A stretch of DNA of 63,333 bases, the filler included, from Perkinsus chesapeaki ATCC PRA-425 (Eukaryota > Protista > Perkinsozoa): NCBI GenBank assembly GCA_013115145.1. It is 9 parts of 9 records of this genome, joined end to end, with 100 filler letters (N's around TTAATTAATTAA, not from the genome) between each part and the next. Parts side by side here need not be neighbours in the genome. Positions count along the whole stretch, not along the records: positions 39,267 to 47,563 come from JAAPAO010000983.1; positions 47,664 to 50,194 come from JAAPAO010001586.1; 7 more parts are not named here. The stretch is one strand, 5' to 3'. The notes below the pieces were generated by a model, which was not told the origin of the DNA, ran no database searches, and saw only the letters and a list, made by a program, of their open reading frames with translations. Position numbers and translations under genes: made by a program. Below, one piece after another: positions 39,628-50,294 of this stretch (position 1 is its first letter; each line of letters begins with the position of its first letter).

Positions 39628-40896
39628 ATGTCAGCAACACCTGAAGCACGAGAGGGTGGCCAAGCGGGCGAGGACCAGCAGCAGCAGCCATCCGGCGATA
39701 AAGACAGTTCAATGCTGCTGCCGGTAATAACACAAGGGTAAAGGAAAGCTGAGAGATATCACCAGCTCATCATCATTATCATAGTGCTTGCTGAGGTTTG
39801 GAATACGGGCTTGGCAGGTTCAGCGGGAGCCGCTTACTGGATATGAGGAGTTGGTCACTGAGGAGGACATTGTGGCCATGGAACGGGCACGAAGGGGGCT
39901 CAGACGCCCATCTTGGAAGCTACTCAACCCACCAAAGAAGAAGAAGCCTGTGGATGAGGGGAACGCAACAGTAGTATGTCTGGGAAGGGTCTCATTGTAG
40001 AGAAATATACAGCTCACGAGCAAGGACCGGTCAGCCTGGCCGATAGACAGTAGTCGTTCTATCCGCATGGGATGCCATGTTTGGGCTTATAGAAGCATCA
40101 GGTTCAACCGCGGCTGTCGCCGAGGAAATCCCGACGGTCCTCTCCCGACTATGCGGATCTGTTGCCGAGTGACGATGAAGATAACGATAGCGACGATGAC
40201 CGGGGACACCGTCGTCGCCGCCGGGGTCGGTCACGAGAGTTCACCACTGCCGACATCGGCAAGAAGGTCGGTCTTACTGAAAGTGTAACTGAAAATTGCA
40301 CTCCTCAGGACGTCAGCAGCCCTCGGTTGCGACCAAGGCTTGGGAGCCGAGATGAGATTACGCGGCGAAGAGGAGTCTCCCCGCGGGGAGATCTCAGGTA
40401 GTGCGGGGTGTTTCCGGACATGGTCCAGAAGCGTTGATTTTAGAGATGCGGACCGTCGTGGGGACTACTACCGCAGGCGGATGCCTCTTGAGCGTACCAG
40501 ATATGCCAGGGACCGATTTGAAGACCATTATAAGAAGTACACAACTGTAGAGGATCAGAGGAGAATTCAAGACAACAGGGTTGCCGGTATTAGTGATTTT
40601 TTGGCTTGGGCTAAAGATGCGAAAAAAGAGCCTCCTGAAGCCGGTAAGTAACATCAGCACTCATTCTTAGGATACATTCCTGTGGCACTCTCGTGTGGGT
40701 CACGTAGGCGTTTCCTGTTCCCTTGTTTTGGATTGCTATCGCTTGTGTAGGTCGTCCTCGAGCTCGGAAGGTGTTCCAGTCATTGTCGCCTTCACCAAAG
40801 AACCCTCGACATCGCTCCCGAAGTCGATCTCCTACCCGTGTCGAGTACGAGAAACGCAGCGGGCATCGCGGTGTGGCATTTGGTAGACGACGATAG
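39628..40896 (+). CDS. Arg/Ser-rich, acidic low-complexity nuclear-type protein (SR-related), multi-exon
   Basis: Exons encode LLNPPKKKKP (NLS-like), DDEDNDSDDD, RRRRRGRSR and a terminal SPSPKNPRHRSRSRSPTR...GRRR*. Confidence 0.55.
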
Positions 40897-41298
40897 CAGC
40901 TTCTGTTCTATGGCATTGTGTCGGCTAGGAGTGGGTAAATTGAACAATACAAATTACTCCTACGCTACTGTAAACATTAATGACATATGGTAGCTTTAAC
41001 CACTCAGAAGCACTCATACGCGAGACAATTGCGGAATACGTCCTGCGTGAGGAATATAATTTTACCTTTGTATGACAAGAAGCTAATTGATATTATTATC
41101 AACACAAAACCGTTGGTATATGATACCTTTCCTGGTTCCCAATCGAAAGCCAGTCATAGAAAACGAATCGTCCCGTGCGACTAGTACAGCACTTGATAGT
41201 GATGTGTAAAGAACTAACGGGCCAGAGTCGTCATTACCATGACCATACAGTAGGACCACATAGAAGGACCACAGAGAGCAAGCACAAGCAGCAGTAGC

Positions 41299-41846
41299 TT
41301 ACAACCTGCGACCACGGCGACCGCACTTCTTCCTGGTGGAATCGGTGGGGATGGGAGTAACATCCTCGATACGGCCGATCTTCATGCCAGCACGAGCGAG
41401 GGCACGGAGGGCAGCCTGGGCACCGGGGCCGGGGGTCTTAGTCTTGGTACCACCGGTGGCACGAAGCTTGATGTGAAGGGCGTTGACACCCAACTCCTGA
41501 AAAGGTACAAGGTTCGAATATCCAAGCTCGAAGCTTGAAAGATACGTGGGAGGTTTCAATCAAAGAACGTTTTACATCCCTCGAATACTACCTTGCACCT
41601 GACGGCGACATCCTGAGCGGCAAGCATAGCAGCGTAGGGGGAAGACTCATCACGATCAGCCTTCACCTTCATACCGCCGGTAACACGGACCAGAGTTTCG
41701 CGACCGGACACATCAGTGACGTGGATGAAGGTATCGTTGAAGGAGGCGTAGATATGAGCAACACCGAACACGAGCTCACCCTCGCGGACCTGAGGGCCGA
41801 GCTGGATAGGCTCTTCAACCTTAGCAGGGGCTTTCTTAGGGGCCAT
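41299..41846 (-). CDS. RPS14: 40S ribosomal protein S14 (uS11), 150 aa, two exons (41592-41846, 41299-41496)
   Basis: [20 protein letters not shown]...[16 protein letters not shown]...[24 protein letters not shown]...[23 protein letters not shown]; 95-nt GT-AG intron. Confidence 0.99.
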
Positions 41847-42117
41847 TAGGAAAAGTGGCTGGTACTAGTTCAAAGGTTTGGCCAGGCGCACACCAGGACG
41901 GGTTTAGCGTGATCGATTTCCGAAATCACTGAGGAGTCTCAAGATTCAGCAAGAGCGCAAGTCGACTTTTTATCACCTCGCTGATTTGGGCTCCAAACGC
42001 GCCCGTGCGTCACAGGGTATCTTGGAGTTTAATTGGCGACTTATTTGCTAAATACCAGTGCGAAAGGAGAGGGGAACGTGTATTGACTTGGGCAGTGAAG
42101 CCTTTACAGACTACGAT

Positions 42118-44079
42118 ATGTCCACAACAACTCAGACTACTAGTCCAGACTTTGCCTCAACACTACAGTTCTACTCCTCTTCGGCACCGCCTGCTCCATC
42201 CAATCAGGATAAGATGGTTAACTTGGGGAAACGGGCAGGTACCTGGGAAACCCGTTTTGTTAGCGATTACAGAAAAATGCATTTCCGCGCTCGAGGCAAC
42301 CGTATAAGGTAGCCGGAGGTCTTCCATGTTTGTTGACTTTTCCTGGAATCAACGTCCAAAAGGAATCTCTTCCACGCGGTATTAATAAGACTTGCTTCAC
42401 TGTGCAGGTCAGAGCATTCAGACTAACGCACCAGTTGTTCTCGGTGCCATATCGAGTGCTATTGCCGGAGCAATGAACACTGTGAAGGATGCAGCCTCAG
42501 GGGTTACTGGAGCATCAGGAGGCAGTTCCAAGACAGGAGCAGAAAGTCTAGATAGTACTAATTGGAATGGGGGACCTTTCAGTCGATGCGTCCTAACTCT
42601 TACTCCCCGTCAGCGGCTCAATAGTTGGTATTTACTATCGCCTCGGTATCTTTTTAGTAGTACTAGTTTATTCGCAGTAGCAGTTTCGCCTAATGCACAT
42701 TTGCTCCTTTATTACCCGTATATTTTCATCTGAAATTATGTCGCTTCGGGGGTTGTGCTGAACCCTGCGCGGGAGTTTGATCGTCACATTTATGTGATTG
42801 GAAATCATTGGCCGCCGGCGTCACTGAATTACATATATCGTAACGTTGTTATGTTTTAGCATTCGACTTGGAGCTAGGAAAGGTAGACACCACTCAGACG
42901 TCATCTGGCAGCAGTTCTGGATCCAACGCTCAAGGTAGTATCAACGCGACTGCTCAACAGGCGGAGCACCATTTAACATACTGTATTAATGCCCTCTATC
43001 CATCCCGGCACGAATGGAGATAATCTTTAGAGCATACGGCTGGCTTAATACTTGATACGCTTCAGGTGGGAATGGCGAGAATACTAGTTTGATCGCCCAG
43101 TGGACGAGCTCAGCGGTCCAATCCGGCACCCAGGCTTTCCAGGGCATGAAGCAGCAGGCGTCGGTACGTAAATAAAAGTTTAGGGACGGCGGTTTGTAAA
43201 TGTTGTTATCAGGATATCGCATCGACTAGAGACACTATAGGAAAGTTTATCATGTTCTTCGCTGGTGGATGCATCTGTATGATGTTGGCATTGACCTTCC
43301 TTCCAATGGTAGTACTAACAGAACGGCTAGTGCCTGTGAACGGTCATCTGAGATCTCGCTTAGTTATTTTCCCTGTGTTGTTTTCACCGTTGTTTCTCTC
43401 CTCTCAATTACAGTGTGAACCGAAACCTTAAACGAACTTCTTTTTAATCAATAAACATCCAGCTCTGAATATCAGCGGACTTACACTGAAGTTTTAATAA
43501 AGAATTTCGATCAGAAAGAGTTTGAGGTAGATGAGAATTATGTCGCTTAGAATAATCAGCAGTAGTGTGTTTACTTTACGGACGCACCGGCCATATATAC
43601 TACTGTCAGGTTGTAATAGCACCACAGAAGTTTGCTCTCATGTTCACCATTGGCAGCTGCTTAATTCTAATGAGCTTCTCTGTATTGAAGGTAAACTCTC
43701 CTTATCTCCAAATCGCCATTAATATCTCCCTTTAAGGGCCATGCTGCATTCATAGCGCACATAATGTCACCAGAGAAGCGTCTCTTCACGGCTGGGTATG
43801 CAGCGTCCTTGGTGGCAACGCTGTATGCCGCCCTAGTGAGCAAGTCTTACCTACTCACATTGGTTTTCTCACTTATCCAAGTAGTGGCTTTGGCGTACTT
43901 CCTAGTCAGCTACATTCCAGGAGGTAGCACCGGTGGGTATTCAATTAACTCGGAGCTTGTCATCAGGTACGAGGGCTTTGACGATGATTGGTAGCGTAGC
44001 GGTATCGACTGTGAAGAACCTCTTCTCTGGCGGCGGGTCCTCGTCGAGCTCGCAGCAGTCCAGCGGCCTGCCGCTATAG
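42118..44079 (+). CDS. SFT2: SFT2/Got1-family tetraspan vesicle transport protein
   Basis: FIMFFAGGCICMMLALTFLPM-VIAPQKFALMFTIGSCLILMSF-GHAAFIAHIMSPEKRLFTAGYAASLVATLYAALVSKSYLLTLVFSLIQVVALAYFLVSYIPGG; stop TAG at 44077-44079. Confidence 0.88.
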
Positions 44080-44345
44080 AAGGGAGTTTTAGTAGGTTTT
44101 TGATAATGATAAAATAATGTACATTCTTCGCCGAGGAGGCCTCTGCTGTCACCACTTTTCCTGTCGTTTCCTGCCGTCTGTTGGTGCGAAGTAGCAGGGG
44201 CGTTGGTGCTGGCAGAGACCATCGAGTAGCTCTGATGCCACCGAACAAAAGCTGTATAAATAAACGCGCTTACTCTACGGGGAGAAATGTGACATGTGTT
44301 GTCAATTAATGGGCGCAGCGGTCAAGGGTGGTATCAGTTGCTTAT

Positions 44346-47300
44346 ATGGCGGACATAGCTTCGTTGCTCGAGGCCATTGAACGGTCTCAGTCCGAAATCC
44401 AAAGCGTTAAAGGGAGAATCGCGAATGTCGCAGGTAGTACGGTTGAATGGGAGGGTATATCAATGCCAACGGATCTTGCGGCTTCTCTTGACGAATCCTG
44501 TGCGGAGAGGTACTGCTGGGCTGTATGTGGAAGTGGCAAGAACTATAGCACCTTCTCACCATGTTTCTGAATAACCCACTATTCTCTTGAGCCCCCGTTA
44601 GGAAATAGCCGGTATGTCGATCGTAACCATACCTGATGCGGCGGAGACTGGTGGTGTTGTCTAGGTAAGCTGAATCAAGTACGTATGGCTGTGGCCACAT
44701 CATCGGGGCCGGCATCGGCTATGAGAGATGTCGGGACTAGTAAACTTAAAGAGGAAATAACGAAGGCAAGAGACGGCATTAAACAGTAGCTGATCTCAGT
44801 GGGAGTGGGATTAAAGCAAAGTGGGCCTCTTAGATTTAAGAACATGATCAAGGATGCGGCCGAAGCGGCGGCTGCTGAGGAGCAGACCACTATGGGCTTC
44901 GGGGCGCTCAAGAAACGTATGGCTCATGATGACAAGACGAAATCACTGTACTGCTGGGGTAGGCAGGAGTTGTCTGTGTATGGTGTGGCAGGTATGAGAG
45001 GATCGGCGGAGATCTTTCCCTAGAAACTGCTGTTGAGATGGCATATAACAAAGCCTTGCAGGACGCGAGAACCCGGTAGGATATTTCCTATCATTGTGCA
45101 CCATTCAATGGTAGAGCTTACTTTGAGAAAAACCAGCGGAAAATGGCCAGTATTCGACAGAAGATGCATCAGGTGGATCTTATACAGCCTCTATGCGATA
45201 GAAAAGGTTTTGCCAGTTTCTCTCTGGTCTGCTGGGCGGCCCTGTTTTGTATGACGAGGACAATTTGAAGCCGGCGCATTATCACATGAACATCACAGAC
45301 TATCATTTCGATGCGGTAAGTATTGGTCGAGGATCTCTCCAAAATGGGATCGTACGGAAACGTGTTAGGTTGTGGAGCATTTTCAAGGAGCCTTCGAGGA
45401 GCTGGGTGTCCACCCGAATGCCGTCTTAGACGCCGCAGCGGCGTTGGGCACTGTAATAGCGGCGTAGTAACTTGGGGGAAGAAGGTGGGGAGCGGTCAGG
45501 CCCGTAGAGAGATCACTACAGGATGTACTGTACGTATGGAAGTTGCTAGAAGGAACACAGAAAAGGGGAAGGATATATTATATAGGAAAGTTGGCGGTAA
45601 CGAGGGGCATGCTGCGGTGTTTTTATGGCAATAGGTTGTTAATGCAAATGCTACATACTCGATATTCATTTGCCTTTCAGAGACAGAAGGAGTGGTGAAA
45701 TTTATGGAACGATTGTACGATCTCATTTCCATCGACACTAGAATCAAGAAATTCTTCCAAGGGAGAGATGTGAATAAGTAACATAATACTGTCGCCGCTT
45801 CAGCTTATCGATAAATAGGATTAGAAAGAGCCAGACGGTCTTCATCAGCGAGCTTCTAGGGGGTGAGAAGCAGTACCAAGGTAAGCCGTTATGGCGAAGT
45901 GGTGTGGATGAGAGTTCGTTGAGCAGGTCGGTCCATGCCTGATATTCACAAAGGCATGAACATCGATGACTATTATTTCGACTGTTTCCTGATGAACGCG
46001 GAGAAAGCTCTGTCGGGATTGGGCGTCGACGATGAGACTATAGACGAGGTGAGTGCAGCTTTTCTATTAGAGTCAATGGGCTCTACACAGGTGCTCGTGA
46101 CCTTGGAGCCACTTAGAGCAGATGTGCTTAACCGAAAGCGAGGAATACAAGCTTCTCACAAACTGGTTGATGGTAAATCGGTGCTTGAACGTGTGGGAGG
46201 AGAAATGAATATGGAGTCTTTGGTGGAGACAATGTAGTGTTGTTGCCGATGAACTGCCTAGACGTTTATCGGCTGTGTGATAGGTATTCCGGGTGTCTCG
46301 CTGATCCTCGGGTGAAATATTACTTCGCATTGGAGCCAGCTAGAATGACTAATCTCAAGTCTAAGATGGTAGGGCTGCTATTGAGAGGTGCTGGGCTGAT
46401 AGAGGGTTTGCTGACAGGCACAGGTTATAGTTGGTATCAGCGGGGGGCCATCAGTATATGATTTGAAACGATTGAGGCCGATTCATTACCATATGAATAT
46501 AACAGATTATCACTTCGACTCTATGTTGGAGAATCTGAGGGTGAGTTGGAAAGCGTTGTTGAACTCAAATGGGCAAAGATGTGTGGCCGGTATAAGTTCC
46601 GATTACCACCGTACGGCGGTATGCAGAATATCAGAGCAATAGTAGTCGATAATGTACTATACAAGTGTGCGTTAGGTTGCCTGCGAGATGACCGAGTTGG
46701 CTCCAGAGCTCATCCGTGATGTTGTGGAAGTGGCAGCCTCTGTGAGATCGGACATCACGGCTGGATGCACAGTGCGTCTGGAGATTGCACGGAAGAAGAC
46801 TGAAAGCGCGGGTACTAGACTTGGAGAGCGCTAGTTTCAGTCAGACTGGGATACCCTTCGAAGTCTCTCTACTGGTATGCAATGGGATCTTGTTATTTAG
46901 GAACGGATGGCCTGTTTGCTGTCCTTGGCGGTGACGAGGGTGTTATGAAGTTCATGGATAAGCTGTACGAGTCAGTGCTCCAGGATGATAGAATTCAGCA
47001 TTTTTTTTCGGGTGCCAAGCTTGACTCTGTGAAGAAAAGCCAAGGTAGGCTCTCACCAGATAGTCAGTGTGGCGTTGATACGTTATATCGTATTTCCCGA
47101 GTAGTTGAGCGATTGTATCCTCTTCAGCCGAATATGTAGCACAACTGTTTGGGTCCAGTCGAGAGTACATGGGCAGAGAACTACCTCGCATTCATGCAAT
47201 GATCAGAATTGCGGATTATCATTTCGACTGTTTTATCGAGCAATGCAGGAAGAACCTGACTAACTTGGGATTGGACTCAGACTCGGTTGACGAATGTAAG

Positions 47301-47447
47301 TGTTGTGGTATTCAATTCTGCGCTCGCCTACTGTATGCAACAAGTCCATTCACTGTTGTAAATGAGGTAGCGCAGCTCGTTAACCCGCCAGGGGATCGTG
47401 CAATGGCTAAAGCTCAAGGAGGTTTAGCTAGTGTGATTTCAATTTGA
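44346..47447 (+). CDS. Multidomain group-1 truncated (2/2) globin: N-terminal coiled coil plus four tandem trHb domains; 3' end uncertain
   Basis: Manual splicing gives four domains, each with L(Y)xRxGG, Tyr B10, Phe CD1, a GG(P)xxY EF motif, proximal His F8 and DY(H/Y)FD: D1 ~44940-45455, D2 ~45570-46110, D3 ~46175-46770, D4 ~46905-47300. Confidence 0.9.
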
Positions 47448-47522
47448 TGGTATCAACTCTCCTGCCCTGGGAAACTCCAGTCCAATTTTCCCGGATTTTT
47501 ATGTTTTTCGGAATATTCTCAA

Positions 47523-47563
47523 GCCGGTTTAGCTTAGTGGTAGAGCGTCAGTCTTGTAAACTG
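47523..47563 (+). tRNA. tRNA-Thr(TGT), 3'-truncated by the contig end
   Basis: GCCGGTT-TA-GCTT-AGTGGTA-GAGC-G-TCAGT-CTTGTAA-ACTG, then the N gap. Confidence 0.85.
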
Positions 47564-47899
47564 NNNNNNNNNNNNNNNNNNNNNNNNNNNNNNNNNNNNN
47601 NNNNNNNTTAATTAATTAANNNNNNNNNNNNNNNNNNNNNNNNNNNNNNNNNNNNNNNNNNNNATACCTATGCAATGCCTCTGACCAATCCATATCGGCT
47701 ACAGAAGCAAGCCATCCCTGGCGTATATCATTGGTCCAACTACGGGAGATCTTTATGGTCGTATGGCAAAGCGTACAGCAAAATGATGATATATTACTGT
47801 ACAAAACGCAACTGTATGGCTTAAAACTGTATGTGTTGCAACTGCACGGATGAGGGCTACACAAATAGGCACTCTGCGAGCTTGCACTGTACGATATGA

Positions 47900-49240
47900 T
47901 CCTCACTCAACAGGAGCTCTCGTCGTATCGAATGGCACTCAGGAAATGCTCGCCAGAATCGTTGAGTAAAAACGAGTTGCCACCAAACAACATTTCAGCC
48001 GTTCCTTTGAGAATCGTCATTCTTGACACAGACACTTGGTGTAGTGTTGCATCAGCTGACTCGAGAGCCGAGATCTTGTTCAGCATACTCCACGATTCCT
48101 CGTTAGAGTCCAGTATTTCCCTGGTTCGCAGCTCTCAGAAGCTGTAAGCTGCTTCTATGTTATTCGCCGTCACCCAGTCAGCGATGTCGCTTATTCATCG
48201 ACATTCTGCGAGGTTTTAACAACCAAGTATTACCCCCGACCGGGTGGGGCCAGGCAATCAAGTAAAAACAATTGGTGATCATGCACGCCCCGACACGCCC
48301 TATTCCCTCGCAGCCGCACGGCCAACCCGGCAAGAACCAGTAGTCGGCAACGATGTGGTATCTTTCGTCGGCTATTGGGGCCTTCCATTGTACATGTCAT
48401 CAGCTGGCGACCTACGCCTTTCATGTTACAATGTGCCGTTGTACTTATCACTGGCCGGTCGAGTAAATTGTGGAGGTGTAGCTGTGACTGGCGACTTGCA
48501 CTCTCTCGCTGCAGTGCCAATCAGTGGAGATGAGTTACTCGGCGTCTCGAGGATAGGACGATCAGTGGTATGAAGTTCTTCAAACGTGATCGCTTCTTGA
48601 GGACTTCCCGGTGAGCTTAGTAAGATACGCATTAACGATACATGAAGAGTCTACCGGTTCACAAAGCGGAAGCAAGACAATCGGGTAGACGGAATCGGGT
48701 ATAACACAGGTTACAGTAAGCACCGCAGACCGATGGAGATTGAACTCAGCCTCAAGCTCTCGACCCAACATAAATATATCAGATCCCACAGCAAACCATG
48801 GCAAAGAAACTTGTAGACATTGTCCTGAGATTGACACGGATATGTCAGAAGCATCCTTCGTTGAGCGTTGGCATATAGCACATTGTCGAACGAGAAGTTT
48901 ACAGTCCTTACGTACAGAAGGCCACCAATAAGCTTGCTGTATGGTTAACGAAATGAGTATGCGAGTGTAGTGTTTGTGAAATACCGAGAGAACAAGCGGG
49001 GAGACAATTGACCTGAACGTAATCAACACAACAAACGAGGGACACGCTGAGGTTGTGTCAGCTGAAGAATGAGGTTATGGCACACTCTACGATAACCTAC
49101 AGGAATTGCTTTCCAAAGCGGCCTGCTCGCACGGCTCATACCGAGCTGAACGAACAACGCCGGGAATATGTCGTAGGTTTTCGACATAGAGACGGTAAAA
49201 ACGGCTTCGGCTGATTTACCGATCTCTCTCACCAGCATTC
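47900..49240 (-). pseudogene. Degenerate LTR-retrotransposon integrase remnant
   Basis: YWWPSVRKDCKLLVRQCAICQR (HHCC zinc-finger helix and CxxC) followed by PWFAVGSDIF (start of the core); the surrounding frames are broken by stops. Confidence 0.72.
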
Positions 49241-49451
49241 TATAAGCGGTGACTTAACGGTGAATCTGATACGGATCTAGGATCTGAGTCAGTGCCGGCA
49301 TGCTAGTAAAAAAAGAGAAAAAATAGGGAAGGTATCCCCTCTAATACTTAACAAAAAGCAAAAAGATCAGTGAAAAGTGGTCGTAACCACAAAAAAAAGA
49401 ACTCAAACAAAGAACTACTCTATGCCATATATACATTGGGATGGACAGAAA

Positions 49452-50125
49452 TGTGATGATCTTCGTTTTTTTTACTGTAATGATCATTGTTTACATATGG
49501 TGACAGTAATTGTATTCATACCGTTCCTTTGTCATCTACATTAGTTATTGAGGATATAGCATTGAAGAATTTGTGCAGTAGAGACAGCCTTGCGCACGCG
49601 TGCTAAATTGTTGTGCAAGCTAAGCTTCACTGTCTCCATTGAACTGTGCTGTACTTGAAAGAATTGAATCACATTAAAAGGTGAAGCTTGCGTTTTATCA
49701 CAATCATCCGAGAAGAATGCCTGCTAAGTCGCCTCAAGTTGAGAATGTCCCGAAGACTCCGCAAGAGATTACCCCTCCGGCCTGGGCTTTTGATTTGAAG
49801 CAACAACTTAATGAGATTCAACAACAACAAGCTGGTTTGGTTGACGTTGACACCTTGGAGAAGGGAATGGATAAGTTATCCCTTACTGTCGAGAACTTGG
49901 TGGAGAAGCTAGAACATGATACAGAGGTTGGTCAGAAAGAAGATTCTGGTAATGGTTATGACTCTGGTACTGGTGCTTCTAAAGGCTCTACATCTGGGAA
50001 GGATAGTAACTCTCCAAGGAACTGTGGTCATGATGTTGATGACAAGATCGATATTATCAAGATATCGAAAAGAGCTGCCTACTGGTTGTTCTGCTCAAGT
50101 TAATTCGTTTGTTGGGAGGGCGTGA
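49452..50125 (+). mobile_element. Possible 5' LTR (49452-49702) plus disrupted gag-like N-terminus (ATG 49717)
   Basis: TGTGATGA...TTATCACA inverted ends; the downstream ORF MPAKSPQVENVPKTPQEITPPAWAFDLKQQLNEIQ is coiled-coil-like and stops or shifts frame near 50100. No PBS and no second LTR were seen. Confidence 0.35.
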
Positions 50126-50294
50126 GCTCACGATAGCTAGCCAAGATAGCTCACCTACCGTAGCTAGCCATAGCTCGCCATAGACTAGTGGGCGNNNNNN
50201 NNNNNNNNNNNNNNNNNNNNNNNNNNNNNNNNNNNNNNTTAATTAATTAANNNNNNNNNNNNNNNNNNNNNNNNNNNNNNNNNNNNNNNNNNNN

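Noticed and set aside
47523-47563. tRNA-Thr appearing next to transposon remnants, suggesting tRNA-targeted integration
   Set aside because: They are on different contigs separated by an artificial linker; the contig simply breaks in a multicopy tRNA gene, as it does at 13560.
50140-50190. ACCGTAGC(TAGC)CAT and, on the reverse strand, ATCTTGGCT, resembling parts of the Perkinsus spliced leader
   Set aside because: The two halves are on opposite strands within a TAGC-rich low-complexity patch; there is no full 21-22-nt leader, donor GT or Sm site.
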